A stretch of DNA of 62,635 nt, counting the filler, from Sphacelaria rigidula (taxonomy: Eukaryota), in NCBI GenBank assembly GCA_964200075.2. It is 10 parts of 10 records of this genome, joined end to end, with 100 filler letters (N's around TTAATTAATTAA, not from the genome) between each part and the next. Parts side by side here need not be neighbours in the genome. Positions count along the whole stretch, not along the records: positions 25,097 to 31,270 come from CAXNAA020021742.1; positions 31,371 to 37,543 come from CAXNAA020021743.1; 8 more parts are not named here. One strand, given 5' to 3'. Of this stretch, positions 25,191 through 37,543 are shown piece after piece. The position numbers and the translations under genes are program-made. The notes under the pieces were generated by a model. The model made no database searches and had not been told where the DNA came from. It saw nothing but the letters and a program-made list of their open reading frames with translations. The first letter of the stretch is position 1. Each line of letters starts with the position of its first letter.

Positions 25191-26078
25191 GCATCATCAC
25201 AACAGAGGCGTTTCGATACATAGATACAAACCACATCACCCATTTCTTATTACCGACCGCTACATGTGCCGTTACAACCCACGGGCGAAGAAACCAAGGT
25301 ATCTGATCCGAATACACCATGCCGAATTGACCGCAACCGAAGCGATACATATGCCTCCCACGACCGTGCGTTCTTCGTGACATTCCATATAACACCCACT
25401 CTTCCTCCGTCGGCCGTCGATCATAACGGGGAAGCCCTAGTAGTAAAGGCTGAAACGGGACGTTGCGGGGTACTTCCGAACACCGTGTTGCCGCCCATTG
25501 GCTGTAGGGAGAGAAACAGTCAAGTATGCACGAGAGGTAAAAACCAGGGGATGACAGAGAGCAGCGTGAGATGTGTAGAGCGTGCAGAGCGTGCAGGGCG
25601 TGCAGCGCGAGCATGCAACATACACAGCGAGAATACGAGTAAAACACTGTGCACACGGTAAATACCGTTGACACCCACTTCCGTCAGTGCTTACAAACTT
25701 GGCTTCTACTTTCAGAGATGGACGGTGGCTACGCAGTATCTCCATTGAGATCACACACCGAGCATCAAGTATTACCGTTTGTTGTGATACCGAAGCAAGT
25801 TCGATACCGAAGCACGCAGCACAATTCAGCGGAGACCCTATCGGCCACCCCCGCTATAAACCTAAATTATTCAAATCTCGCACCTCGGTATCGTTGCGTT
25901 GTATCGTCAGATTGTGAACCGACGCCTGTTTTGCACGCGCATGAACGAAAACACCGGGGAAGGGGGGGGGGATGCAGAATTTAACGGAAGAATGAACGCG
26001 ACGAGGCTCTGTCGGAGCGGGGCGCGTACAGTCCACTGACACATTGTGAACTATATCAGCTGACATACTAGCCGCCGC

Positions 26079-26150
26079 GCCTCGTTGATCCAAGTGGTGC
26101 ATCCCACAAACGCTTGGATCCGAGTTGAGGGCTCGAATCCCGGCAGATGG
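26079..26150 (+). mobile_element. Degenerate tRNA-like (SINE) head, second family
   Basis: Box A-like TGATCCAAGTGG and box B-like GGCTCGAATCC at tRNA spacing; no complete cloverleaf. Confidence 0.45.
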
Positions 26151-27401
26151 TAGACTTTCTGAGCGACGGTTATCTTATTTTTGTTCTTGAGACACATGCG
26201 GAAGTGAGTGGCGAAGCAGCTCTGACAAGAGTCGACGCAGTGCGACGTTGGTCATGATCCAATCTGTGATGCGAAAATGCCAAATATATAGCGGGAGAGA
26301 GCGGTGGGTTGATCCCTTGAGACGACGAACTTTTCTCCGGAAAGAGGGGAGATTAAACGTATGACGAGAACACATATAGTACTGGATGCCTGGACTATTT
26401 TTTGCCTAGAAGCTTTTTTTCTCGCGACTGCTCTTCGATAGAGCTCGAAAGTGCTAGCGTCGATAGATTTTTTGGTAAAATGAAGAGATCGTCTTCCCTC
26501 CCCAGTGCCCAAGTTAGTGTTGGTCGGTTTTATCGGGCGATACGAGTATATACCCTGTTTATCAGGAGAGTGTTATTGCCCGTTAAACAGTTATTCGGCT
26601 ATAGTGCAATGAGTTGGTAGAATTTCGAGAAAATAGTCCTGTACATTTCTTATACGATCGGGACAGGCTCGATCGACCGAAAATACCGAAGAGTCTGAGT
26701 CTGGGCTGAAACGTGGCAGAACCCCCGATGACCGATCAGCCCATAAGTCTATCAATATCGAGTACATACGATTTTTGTTTTTGGACTGTGGAGCGGATAC
26801 AAGTATCTCCAGATCCTCAATATGATGAGCGATGGCAAGTAAAAACAACTAACAAAATAGTCAATTACGAAGAAATTACCAATAATATGAACAGTTCTGG
26901 CGCCGGGTACTCTGGAGAAAAATCCGAGTCATCGGCGGGGAAACGTTCCAGCAACGCGTGTACGCAGCCTGGTGGTGAATAGAAACATGCTGCGCTCTCC
27001 GTAATTCGACAACATGGAGAGGAAAACCCACATTATATCAAAAAGCTGGAAAAAAGTACAGATCTGATTTTCTAAAGAAGAGGGTCGCCTCTGCTTGAAG
27101 GATCAGGAAGGGACAACGGATGTGCGACTTTATTCCTGTCCTAATATATGCAAAGCAGGCCCTGGGGCATAGTGCCTGGAAATGGGTCTGGTCAAAGACG
27201 GCTGGTAGATTACAATACTGCATATTTTCGGGCCGACATCTCCTCGGGGTAGAGCAATATCCTATGGCAATCTAAAAATCGGTCGGAAGGGGTAGTAAAG
27301 ACAAACGAGGAAACTAGGGGCAGAGTCAGTCACGTACTATATATATCCTACGCCAGTAGGCAATTATCCTGAACAAACACCTTGGCTGGCGATTGTCTCA
27401 C

Positions 27402-27509
27402 CTCTCCTATATCCACGTCCGATTCACTCGCAATGGCCGCGATGTCGGCGACGAAGCTTGTTGCGCTCAGCGTCTGCGACTGCAGGGCTGAGAGCTGTGG
27501 TCTCTTCGC
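27402..27509 (-). CDS. Candidate exon of unknown protein (AKRPQLSALQSQ...DIGE)
   Basis: CAG acceptor, GTGAGA donor, 108 nt, phase 0-0, in frame with 28034-28315. Confidence 0.4.
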
Positions 27510-28033
27510 CTGGTGAATCGAGCGTTGTATACAGTCAAAAGCGCTGTGAAGGTAAGCACACACATTTACCAAAAAGAAGTACGAATAACACCCGCCATAC
27601 AACTTTTGGAGAAGGTCGAGCAGAGTCAAGACGTGTCTTGGACACATGTCCGCCTGGCTAAGAAGTATTGTTGTTATTGTCGTTGCTTATTTTGTTGTTG
27701 ATGTCGCTGTCTTACATTAAAGACAGTTCGATATCTGCCCAGTACTCTGTACCAGGCATCTGATGCGGGCGCCTTCCGTGGTCACAGGCAAACTCCCTGG
27801 GGGATCAATTAAAATCGACAATCAATCAATCAATCAATAATCAATCGATTAATCAATCCACCAATGTAGGGCGCGTGGAACAGACAAGACTGCACGCTGG
27901 CAAATACGCATTCAGAATAGGGTGTAAGAAATATATATACATATATATATATTGCTAAGCGTTACCGTGTGTCATAGGTTTTACACTTGTTTGGACGTGA
28001 TGACAAAAAACGGCAACGCAGTATATATCGCAC

Positions 28034-28315
28034 CTTGACCACTATTGGCTTCTGGTTGAAGGAGACAACCTCATCACCGCCGGCCTTGCACCGAGTAGCC
28101 ACCGCCTTGGCAATTGACTTTGCCGAGCTCCCGCGCGGGACAACGATCATATACGTTTGTGCAGGTAGCAGCTTCTGCAGACAAGGTTCAAGGGCCCCTA
28201 CCTTGAGACACTTCGCGCCTAAAGTTGACTTGAGGAATTTCTTCACGCATGCGCCGTTAATGACGGCGACAAGCCCGTGGTCGTCGAATAACCGAATCAA
28301 TACCTCGCCGTCGAC
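28034..28315 (-). CDS. Candidate exon of unknown protein (VDGEVLIRLFDDHG...KPIVVK)
   Basis: TTTAG acceptor, GTGCGA donor, 282 nt open, phase 0-0, globular-looking composition. Confidence 0.45.
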
Positions 28316-28833
28316 CTAAACCGTACATAAATCGGGGTGGTTCATGGATGCAGACGAACAAATGGCAGTCATAACCGCGTATGAAGTGTGAAAATAAATG
28401 GCAAGAGCACGCGAAGTAAGGAGCGCTTCCGATCGTGCACGGCAGGCCTTGATCGCTGATACTGAGTGCCCGAAATATTGATCAATCACAGCATTTCCTT
28501 AGTGCATCGCATTGAATGCCACAGAGGCGTTCAATGCACGCGATGTGCCCGAATGAAAATAAAAACACGCAGACTCAAGGGATTCCGTCCAAATGGGCAT
28601 TCCGTTCATGATTCCCTTTACCCAGTTTCTCGAAGTACCCCGTACATCCAGACGATACGTGCTGTTTCAAACGAGGTGGACGTGCCTCCGCCGCCCTCCT
28701 TCACATCAATATATAGCTGAAAAAACTTCCGCGCAATTCGAGGACAACGTCGGGACAACTAAACGGTAGGGGAGTGTGTACCTAAAACTTATCACCCCCC
28801 GTCACGTAGCGCGCTGATCGATCAACTTGGTAC

Positions 28834-29057
28834 CTGCTCTTTATGACGAGAGGAAGCTATTGGTCTTTCCCAGCTGGGCAACTCTTCGTCCGTTGTCTTG
28901 GACCCGGGCGACGGCGAAATTTGCGACCGTTTACGGGCCACCTGGATCGCACTTTCCGCCGCTTTGGTGATCGACCTCTTGAAATTTCGGGGTTTGAGGA
29001 AGGGCTCTTGCCGTGCCGTCATCACGAAGAATATAGACCAAAAGATCATCAGGAATT
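28834..29057 (-). CDS. DEG/ENaC-like channel candidate, exon C (TM2 and cytoplasmic tail)
   Basis: CAG acceptor; the phase-1 join to exon B gives ...GNVGGFW-E-FLMIFWSIFFVMTARQEPFLKPRNFKRS. Ends at a GT donor (28833) or reads on to TGA at 28822-28824. Confidence 0.7.
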
Positions 29058-30164
29058 CTGCACGTGGAAGGGGAGTGGCCGGCGTGGGGAGACGATTACG
29101 GGCGCATACTATACACCGCATGGCTCGGTGTATATCAGCTATTCCTGAAGTAAGTGGGAGAAGGGGTCATATCCTCATCAGTTGGGCAGAAACTGCCCTG
29201 CCATGGTGAACGGGTACAATGCACATAGAACCGTCTCGTTCGGTGTTGGACCAAGAGACAGAACATAGGGTGTACTCATGATCATGCACGCCATAGTCAA
29301 TGGTCGGACAGAACATATTGGGGGAAATGCGGGGGAATACAGAAAGCCGTGTTCTTGCGTGACTCTGTTGATACGGCACAATGTCGAGCCACGGCCCAAC
29401 ATATTTTTATCGGCCTGGATGGACGACGCTCTAGCAGGGGGGTTGTTAGCACACGATTTCCATCTGGGAGCACCTGTCAATTGTGGGTCAGTACTGGCCG
29501 ACACAAAACACACCTTGGGAAAAAACGAAGCCGATTTCAAGGAAGCACGTGCTAGACGAGACATTTATTTGACCACCACGATAGATTGAAGGCATATTTT
29601 CGTATATCGGTGGGATTGTGAAGGGAAAAGGTACAGATACGGATGTGGAATGTGAATCCGCAGACGAACGGAATTGGACGCTCTCCAGATCTTTAAACAG
29701 AATATCAGGTGTGTCCATCGCATCATCGAACGTGGTTTCCATCAGCCATGAGCAACACCAGCTCGGCGAAGTTTTCACGGCGTGACTGACAATGCTGATG
29801 AACCGCAGTTCATGTAGACTTGGCGACGTCGTGGCCCGCTTCGTATCATTTCTGAGGGCAAGTATCCCCGCAGAAGAGTAATCGCAATTTTTCTACAACA
29901 CACGCTCGTGGCTATGTGTGACAACGTGACATCGTCGATGTCGAGTACACCAGCATCAAACACCGAGTAAGGAGAACAACAACATATATCTGCGAACTCT
30001 CAATCGGTTCTGATCGTCTGACGTCTCCTTGGGAGAGCAACACTTGTGGTCGGCATCGAATACCTGCGAGCATCTGTCAACAACGAGGAGTCCCACAATT
30101 TCTCAACGCGAGAAAGATATCGAGAGTCATGCACCGATGTACCGCTAGCTCATGTTCGTCTCAC

Positions 30165-30309
30165 CCCAAAATCCCCCGACGTTTCCGAAGATCTCGGCTA
30201 TCTCCAGAGGATTCACCTCCGTAACGACCTCCAAAGAATCCGGCTCCTGCGCCAAATTGAGCGCCAAGTAAGCATATGGCGCGTCTATGCCCGAAATGTT
30301 GGCATTCCT
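30165..30309 (-). CDS. DEG/ENaC-like channel candidate, exon B (pre-TM2 strands and GG motif)
   Basis: TAG acceptor, GTGAGA donor. Encodes RNANISGIDAPYAYLALNLAQEPDSLEVVTEVNPLEIAEIFGNVGGFW; this frame is not in the ORF track. Confidence 0.72.
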
Positions 30310-30719
30310 CTAAATACAGCGTGTCGACGGCGGGGCGTAGAACCAGCGAAATGCTCAGCACCACGTCTGCCGCGCGGTCGAGCATATATACGGTAATAGT
30401 CGCACTGCGCCCACGTGTGGTATATCAGGCCATCGCACCACAGTGAAAAAAACGGGCTTGCACGATTCCCTGCATGTCACTGCAGACAGCCCCGGCTACT
30501 GACCCAAGCCCGTGCCGTCCAAGCTTCAGCCGACCGGAGGGTGAACGTGCACTATCAGCGATGGCACAAACTGCAGTTCTAGTGCATCACACTACGCGGC
30601 ATGTACGGACGATCCTGCTGCACACTTACTGGAGCAACTAAAGCAGTGCGCGGCCGCAACCTGAAGGCCACGATATTCGTTGTATCCGAAGGGAAATCAT
30701 AAACACCTGAGTAGCTCAC

Positions 30720-30812
30720 ATTCTGCTTGTGAATTACGGATGAGGTAGACAGCGCCTTGAAGCTGGACTTGATTGTCTTGTCCAGCTTCACCTCTTCAGT
30801 CACTCCCACTCC
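30720..30812 (-). CDS. DEG/ENaC-like channel candidate, exon A (ectodomain)
   Basis: CAG acceptor, GTGAGC donor, 93 nt, phase 0-0: GVGVTEEVKLDKTIKSSFKALSTSSVIHKQN. Confidence 0.62.
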
Positions 30813-31669
30813 CTGGCAGAGGTGCGGTCGATACCCAGGGCAGTGAATCGCCGACAACAGGTGGAAGGCGGTGGGGAGTGTGATCCAACTGTGCAGAATG
30901 AGTCAAAGTTGTCAAAAGTTGCCGTGAAAGCCCGACCGCCGAGGCTCTGGATGAACGCCCGATCCCACATTCGTTTGTACGTGGCAATTGCATGATGAGA
31001 AGCTCATGGTTCCGGTTGAGCTGTAACACAAAGTTTTAGCTCAAGTCATTTCTCGGTGAGCTCAAAGTTTCCAGAAAGGACGTCTAATTCGAGTCTGCTT
31101 ATTTTTTTCATTTCGGGTAGATCTTGGTTCACGCAGAAGAACCACCAAAGGGAAGGAACGACTTCTTAACCAAAGACAGAACTGGAGGATCTACTTCACG
31201 CTGCACAGGAAATATTTGTACGCCTCTTTTTTAATCGTAGAGTTTTCGTTATATACAGCTTGCTCTTGCCNNNNNNNNNNNNNNNNNNNNNNNNNNNNNN
31301 NNNNNNNNNNNNNNTTAATTAATTAANNNNNNNNNNNNNNNNNNNNNNNNNNNNNNNNNNNNNNNNNNNNAAAGTCGATTGTTTCGGGTCTGACTCTGAA
31401 TCTGAAACTACTTTCTGAATCTCACGAATATAGTGTTCATTGTTCTCGCCACCCCACATTAGTGTTCGATCGCTGCCGTCCCTCCCATGCTGTACCTTGA
31501 CCGGGCTGTATACCCCCAGCTACTGCATCTTCTGCCAGTATTGATTTTAAGATTTCCAAAAATAACTGTTTTTATCCTGTCGGATGCTTTTTAAATTAAT
31601 GCTACTTATATGAAAAGATTAATTTTTTTATAAGTCTAAAATTTTAGCCGTATACTGAAGATTTGGGTA

Positions 31670-32530
31670 TCACATGATAACTGCTCCCGAGTCTTCTAAA
31701 TTGGCTCGAACGTATGCTATAAATGCCCCACCGCGCCAGCGCCCTTCTCTCTGAATTACTGCAGGTTGTAAACCTGTGGCCGCCAGTCTGGTAGCTCCTT
31801 CAATTCGCCCAGAATGTAACGCGTAATCTGGAGGTTGTAAACCCTGATTTTGAACTAATGCTATCAACGCAAAAGTGGCCTGACTGCGCGTTCACACTGT
31901 CCACCTTGTTCCTGATGGATACGCCGCTAACGGTACTTCGGTACCTAGGGTTGGGTGCATCAGCATCAGGTCCCGCACTGGCTCAACGCCTCCTCACCTG
32001 CTCCCAATAAATTGCCCACTGTCTGTGGCTGCGTGTATCTCGATTTACTAGTGCATGATCTGAGCAACACCGCCCCTTTTCGACCCTGATCGCTTTTGCT
32101 TGCCCTAAAGCGTATTATTACGCAACCCGCGTGGTGCCAACCACCTATGTGCACGCGTTGCATGCCGTTCCGCTCGAATGCGATGATCCTATCGGTAGAC
32201 CGAAATCATTGTGGATTTTTCCGTCGCTCTGCACAGGAAAAAATATGATATGCATAGATGGGGATAACCACAACTCTTGGCCGCCCACATTTCATTATGC
32301 CGCCAAAACACGATCCCGTTGCAGTATAACCCCATGTTGAGGGACGCCGAGTGCGGCTGTCTTCGGCTTGCAAATTACTCTCACGCCCCATACCTGCTAT
32401 TGCTGCCGTCAAGAAATGGTACCTCAGCGGCAATTCAATTCCGACCGAGCGGTGAAAACCTTGTACAGTGGATAGTGTGCCGATTGCGGTGGGTAGTTTA
32501 TTTCCCCGTGCAAAATAGAGGTACACGCCA
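31670..32530 (-). pseudogene. Tyrosine recombinase of the DIRS-type element (fragmented)
   Basis: FRASKSDQGRKG (catalytic Lys region) and YALHSGRIEGATRLA...IQREGRWRGGAFIAYVRA (HxxR...GRW...Y). Confidence 0.92.
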
Positions 32531-33093
32531 AGAATTTACCCAGCTCCATAGCAATTGCTTCTGCTCCTTCTCAAATATCTATGAAAAGGGGTTCCCCCAC
32601 CGCTGAACTGCGCCACTGTCTCGACATCTCGAAACCTCCCTCGTGAGTGGCCAAAGACGACGATGAGATTCCGACGCGCGAGAGAACGGTCGCAAGACTT
32701 CCGAACATAGCGTCGCACCCTGCGTGTCCAATTTCGCCCCCTGCCAGTTAGTATGCGGCGATATTGCGTGGAAGTGGTGTGGAATGTCGTGACGATGCCA
32801 ACGAGATATGCCGTCAGCAATCATCGCGTTGTCGGCGCCCGCAATGTGATGTGCCTGATGGCACCACCCCCCGTCAATTTCGAGTGAGCCGAGAATACGT
32901 ATCTGCTCTTGTGTCAGTTGCGCCTCCGCAAGGGTTGATCCAGCTAATAGCCGCCATGTTCTCGCCCAAAACGTGTACCGGATCGTTTTCGTCGAGAGGC
33001 CGGTCGCCCATTATTTTTTTCACCACCCACGCTGTAAATGCTATGCCTGCTAGCTCTAGCACGCTGATGTTGAGTACATTGTGGGGCTTTACC

Positions 33094-33797
33094 TGAGAGT
33101 GTGAAGCGTCCTGCAGCTGCAGCGGTGCTGTGCTGTGCTGCGTGTGCTTTGTAGACTGAGTAGCCTACCGGGGAGGATTACACTCGGGCCACGGTTTGAT
33201 CCATCAGAAAATTTGACTGAAGAAATGAAGATGCTTTTTACTGACTGACTCCCGAAGTCAAGTTTTCGCTCATGGTGATGAAGAAGAGAAGTAGTGGAGG
33301 AGTGATCAGGTGGGCGAGCACCAAGTGTGCGAGCCTACCGATCAGCTAATGAACTTCCAGAACTTCCACGCGTCTAGAACACTCGCGGGATATTACAACC
33401 GATATCTCCCGATCAATCCCCCGACAACTTGTTCTGGAAACATAATGTACCGCAGAATATACCGCAGACTATTTCTGGAACACTCCAATGATTTCTTACT
33501 CGTCTACGATAACTTACGATAGATGGTAGTCGTTACCAATGGCTGACATTAAATATTCCAACACTTCCCCGCATACACAGAATCCAGAATCATCTAGATC
33601 TACGAAGACCGTTCTGGAAGTGTTTCCAGAAGAATTCAGCATACCCACATCAAGTTCCACGGAGATACAGCAACCCGTGTACTAGTCAGATCCTTCTCTT
33701 GGTCGCACCTGTACTGCTACTGGTGTTACTGCCCAGACTGAGACTAGTTGCTGCAATTGTCAACAAAGGTAAATCTGTGTCTGATTGCTTGCATTCA
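33094..33797. mobile_element. Solo-LTR-like insertion splitting the DIRS RNase H
   Basis: 704 bp with TGA...TCA ends, between two RNase H halves. Flanks TACC/TACA (4-bp TSD with one mismatch). Internal TTCTGGAA/TTCCAGAA repeats; non-coding. Confidence 0.65.
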
Positions 33798-34145
33798 TAC
33801 AGACCATTTCCCTGACCTTACCGCCGTCGCTCCTGTCGTACGGTAAATTTGTTCGGTGGTGAAATCGAGCCGCCACCAAACCCCTAACTCTAAACAGTAT
33901 CCCCCCATTGCCTGAAGTGTTGCGTCCGATACCCAGTGACGAGTCACCAGATGAGTAATGTGGTTAAAAGTCGGTGAGTACAGAGAAATGCCCGATTTAA
34001 ACGCGTTTTGGGCAATCGCCCACTTCCACCAGTTCAAGGCTGCGTGGAACGCTGCCTTGATCTATACCCTACGCGAACCGTGTTGGAAGGGAGCGTCAAA
34101 ATCCTCGAAACGCCTATGATCAAAACCCGTCACCTTGGTTGAACG

Positions 34146-34700
34146 TCACACGAAAAAATTGCCTGCGCGGACTACCCTGCAGAAATGTCGAAGTTCCCCG
34201 CCTAAACGCAGAACCTCCCTCACAGAGGCTGTTTCACGCGATTGTGGCCACTCTGCGAACAACTCTTGTATTTCACCTACAGTATATTCCTTTGAGGTGT
34301 CGACATTCTCACGGTCAATTGAGAAACCCAGAACTTCCATCACTGCATCCCAATCCGTAAGCTTCTTGGCAGATGAAACCGGTGAGGTGATTCTACGTAA
34401 AAAACCTAACATGCGCAAATGATCTGATACCGCCGACTGTGACGCTAGTAGCTGTCGTGATACGTCGCCGTTGGGCATCGCTTCGATTTGAATTGTGTCG
34501 TCCACGTAAGTTTCACAAAACAAAATGTCTCTTTCCCCCACCCCCTTAATCCGCAGAAGAAGGTAAGAAACGAAACATCTGCACGAAAAAAGGGTACCGA
34601 CACGACGAAAGATCCGTATGAGACCGAGTGAAGTACAGGAGACCTCCTTGTACTGGAATCTAAGAAGTCCCCGCGTGTGACCTCTCCGCCATCCATGTGT
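34146..34700 (-). pseudogene. Reverse transcriptase fragment of the DIRS-type element
   Basis: ETYVDDTIQIE and downstream KLTDW...EVLGFSID. Confidence 0.85.
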
Positions 34701-34794
34701 GATGCCATAAATTGACCTTACAATGACCGCGCTACCTCCCCCTGCTCTGCCCTGGAAGCCACTGATGAGTGTTGACGACACATTTGCTAATTCG

Positions 34795-34892
34795 TGAGTG
34801 AGGGAAAATCCCAGAACACTCCGAGATTCGAACCCACGACCCAACCGTCAAAACGTTTCGAGGTTACCAACTGAGCCATCGGGGCGACCGGC
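34795..34892 (-). mobile_element. tRNA-derived SINE head inserted in the DIRS RT region
   Basis: Reverse complement of 15875-15965 (box A GATGGCTCAGTTGGTA, box B GGTTCGAATC). Confidence 0.85.
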
Positions 34893-36744
34893 GCCCGTGT
34901 GTAATGAATAAATACTGTGGCAAACAGTCGATTCCAAATTTTAGGGTTGAGCTCTAAAATGGGGTTCAACCCTACTTGAAAAAAAAAAAAAATCACGCCA
35001 AAGAGTATTACCGCGGAAAAATATTTTCGCAAGTAGAGCTTCTATTGCAGCTACGCTGGTGCGGTTAAGGCGCCCCAAATGAATACCGTGCACACGCGGG
35101 TCGATGACGATATCACCAGAGGAGCGATGACGAAGAGGAAGCTCGTCGCCGGTGTCCTTCGTGTGTTCTCGTTCGGCGATCCCCAATCGCTGCAGAGATT
35201 GACATTATGTTACAGTACCCGCACATACCCAACTTGCCATGTGTGGGCAGGCGGTTTATTGTAGCACAGCCGCGGCAACAAGATCGTGGGATGCCCCGGT
35301 TGTCGCCTCCTGTCTGTGACGCTGACCAAAGCAAATATCGACCTCTCTCCGCCTCTCTGCTTTGACCGGAAGTGTCCTCCTATGCGTAGTAGAACACGTC
35401 GTCGAAAAGCAGGATGATGGTTCCGTCATCGCTGCTGTTCTCTCTCACACACATGCGAGCAAGTACGGCTGCGCGCTTGCGGCAAGATCTAATAATCGGA
35501 AGCTAGGGGGTGGTATAGTAATATTGCAGTCGTTGGGTTCACCCGGCGTCTGCAAAACAAGGACAACAGATAGTATGCCACATTCCAGTTGGGGTGGATG
35601 GATGTATGAGCGATCAAACATTGGTGTAGACCTTCTTGGTATGCGCAGTGAAAACCTATACCTCGTGCGAGTGACTTGACGCTTGCTGGCGTGACCGAAA
35701 TGGGGGCTGAGATCCTGTGATTGAGCTTTTCTGCTGCCAACTGGTCGCATGCATGGTGTGCATGTCGGGGGGGTGTCTGTCGCAAAAAATTGTCATGTGA
35801 GGAGAGTCACCCTAAGCTGAGGCAAGGTATGGTTGGGAACAGGGGTGTCGTCTGATCAACCATCTGCTATTGCATTCCTCACCCGCGCCGTTAAGCGCTG
35901 ACCAGGAAGGTCTTGCGTGAGAACAGCTTTCGAGCAACGACAGGATAGGCAGTCGGTTCGGCCCGGAATATTACTGCAACTTCGTCGCTGCATGTACTCA
36001 CTGCCTGTAGAAATTCAATTTACAAACCTTGTAAGGGAGAAGGGTAATCATATTAGAGCTTCACTCTATAATATCAAAACCGTGCTCGCAAGCTGAGGGA
36101 ACGTGCAAGGGTTGAGTTCGGTCAGTCGTTCGAAGATACATACAAGTAGCTTCACCAAACGTTTCTGGAATTTGCATGGAGCGATCACTGTAGAACCGAA
36201 CTGAAGCGGTCCCGTTCATGTTCGAAATCGTGTTTTCTCTTCGAAAACGCTTTGCGATTGGAAAAGGGTGAGTTTTATTCAAAGAATACTCTCTCGGGGC
36301 CCGGCAATGTTTCTCAGAGCTTGCAAAAACTGTAGCATCGTTTTTCTATACCTTGCGAGAGGGGGAGAAAGCGCATTCTGGCAGCTTTCGAAAGCCGTTT
36401 TGATTTAACCGTTCAAGATTCCTTGATCGCCGTGTATCACAAAGGGGTGTCCAACCCGACTTTTTTGCGTCCTGATCACGAAACAACTTGTAAAATTTCC
36501 GAAACTCTTGGACTATCATGCAGGGCAGGTTTATGATATCGGTATACTATTCTTCAGTTCTGCTAATCTTTCCATCATGGAGCATGCCCGCGACATTCGT
36601 GGACTCGGAAAAAGTCGGTTGGCCGACAAAGAGACTCGTGCAGGTTGGCTGGAAAATCAGCATGTATCTGATTGATGGATATTAAAACGGATTCGAAAAT
36701 AGCATACACAGCTACATCGGAGCAAGTGTAAGGGAAGATCCTGC

Positions 36745-37400
36745 ATGAGAAATGAGGTTGGGCATCAAAATGACGTTCCACTCCAATTCAGTGCTTAATC
36801 AGTGCTTTCCCTTATCACAAGGCACGGTGAATGATTTTAATGTGGACCCCTTGGCCACCCTGAACCTAGTTTTGAGAGTTTCCCGTCTTCCGTCCTCCTA
36901 TAGGATATGTGCGAAAGCACCTCTGTGCCTCGATTTGGGGTGGAAAATGGGGACGCTTTCAACCCGTAAATGACACTTTCTCCGGTAGCCCCCCCAAAAA
37001 TCAGCACTAAAGTGTCACGAAGAAAATGGTCACACAGCGCCTGATGTTTGGCCTCAGGCTGCATGAAGCGCCTCACATGAGCGACACTGCCGAAAATGAA
37101 TCCAATCGTGGGATTCCCAGCTTCTCGTTGTGCTCGGCTTTTGTCACATCGATTTACGTGAACATTTTGCCTCCCCAAACCAGCCACTTTCGGGGGGGGG
37201 GGGGTGCTATCGTAAAAAGTGCCAAATGGTGCTTTCGCATGTACCCTTTTTGAAACTTGAATCGTGAAACCTCCAAAATAGTTTCAGGAAGGTCGGGGGC
37301 ATGAAGTCGTCCACATGGAATTCATTTGTCATGACTTCAGGTCAAGGAAAGCATTGTTTTGGAGTCAACCTTCATTTTGATGTCAAACATCGTTTCAACG
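36745..37400. repeat. Degenerate foldback element
   Basis: Imperfect palindrome (catcaaaatga vs tcattttgatg; gtgctttcc vs ggaaagcat; gcgaaagcacc vs ggtgctttcgc). Confidence 0.55.
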
Positions 37401-37454
37401 CCACCGAAATTTGCGAAGCATATCCACCGCATAGCTCGCAGTTCGTGTACGTAG

Positions 37455-37543
37455 AGGTTTACTCATGAACATGCATACCATAGTCCTAAGACCGTTGACC
37501 TCGCATCCTTACAAAGCCGGGGCGGAGCACGCCGGGTTTTCGC
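37455..37543 (+). repeat. High-copy GGGTGTACTCATG repeat at contig end
   Basis: Same family as 50021-50089. Confidence 0.85.

Larger units (their letters stand above)
31670..35950 (-). mobile_element. Degenerate DIRS/Ngaro-type tyrosine-recombinase retrotransposon
   Basis: Minus-strand order RT (YVDD; KKLTDWDAVMEVLGFSID), RNase H (WVSDAT; NISVLEL; ADGISRW), tyrosine recombinase. The 5' boundary is uncertain. Confidence 0.88.

Noticed and set aside
26175..27350. Transposase remnant (Merlin/IS1595-like wording in ORF 26175-26375)
   Set aside because: The resemblance is superficial; no DDE motifs or TIRs were found.
30880..31030. Further upstream exon of the channel-like gene
   Set aside because: An acceptor-like TTACAG exists, but I found no convincing combination of frame and donor.
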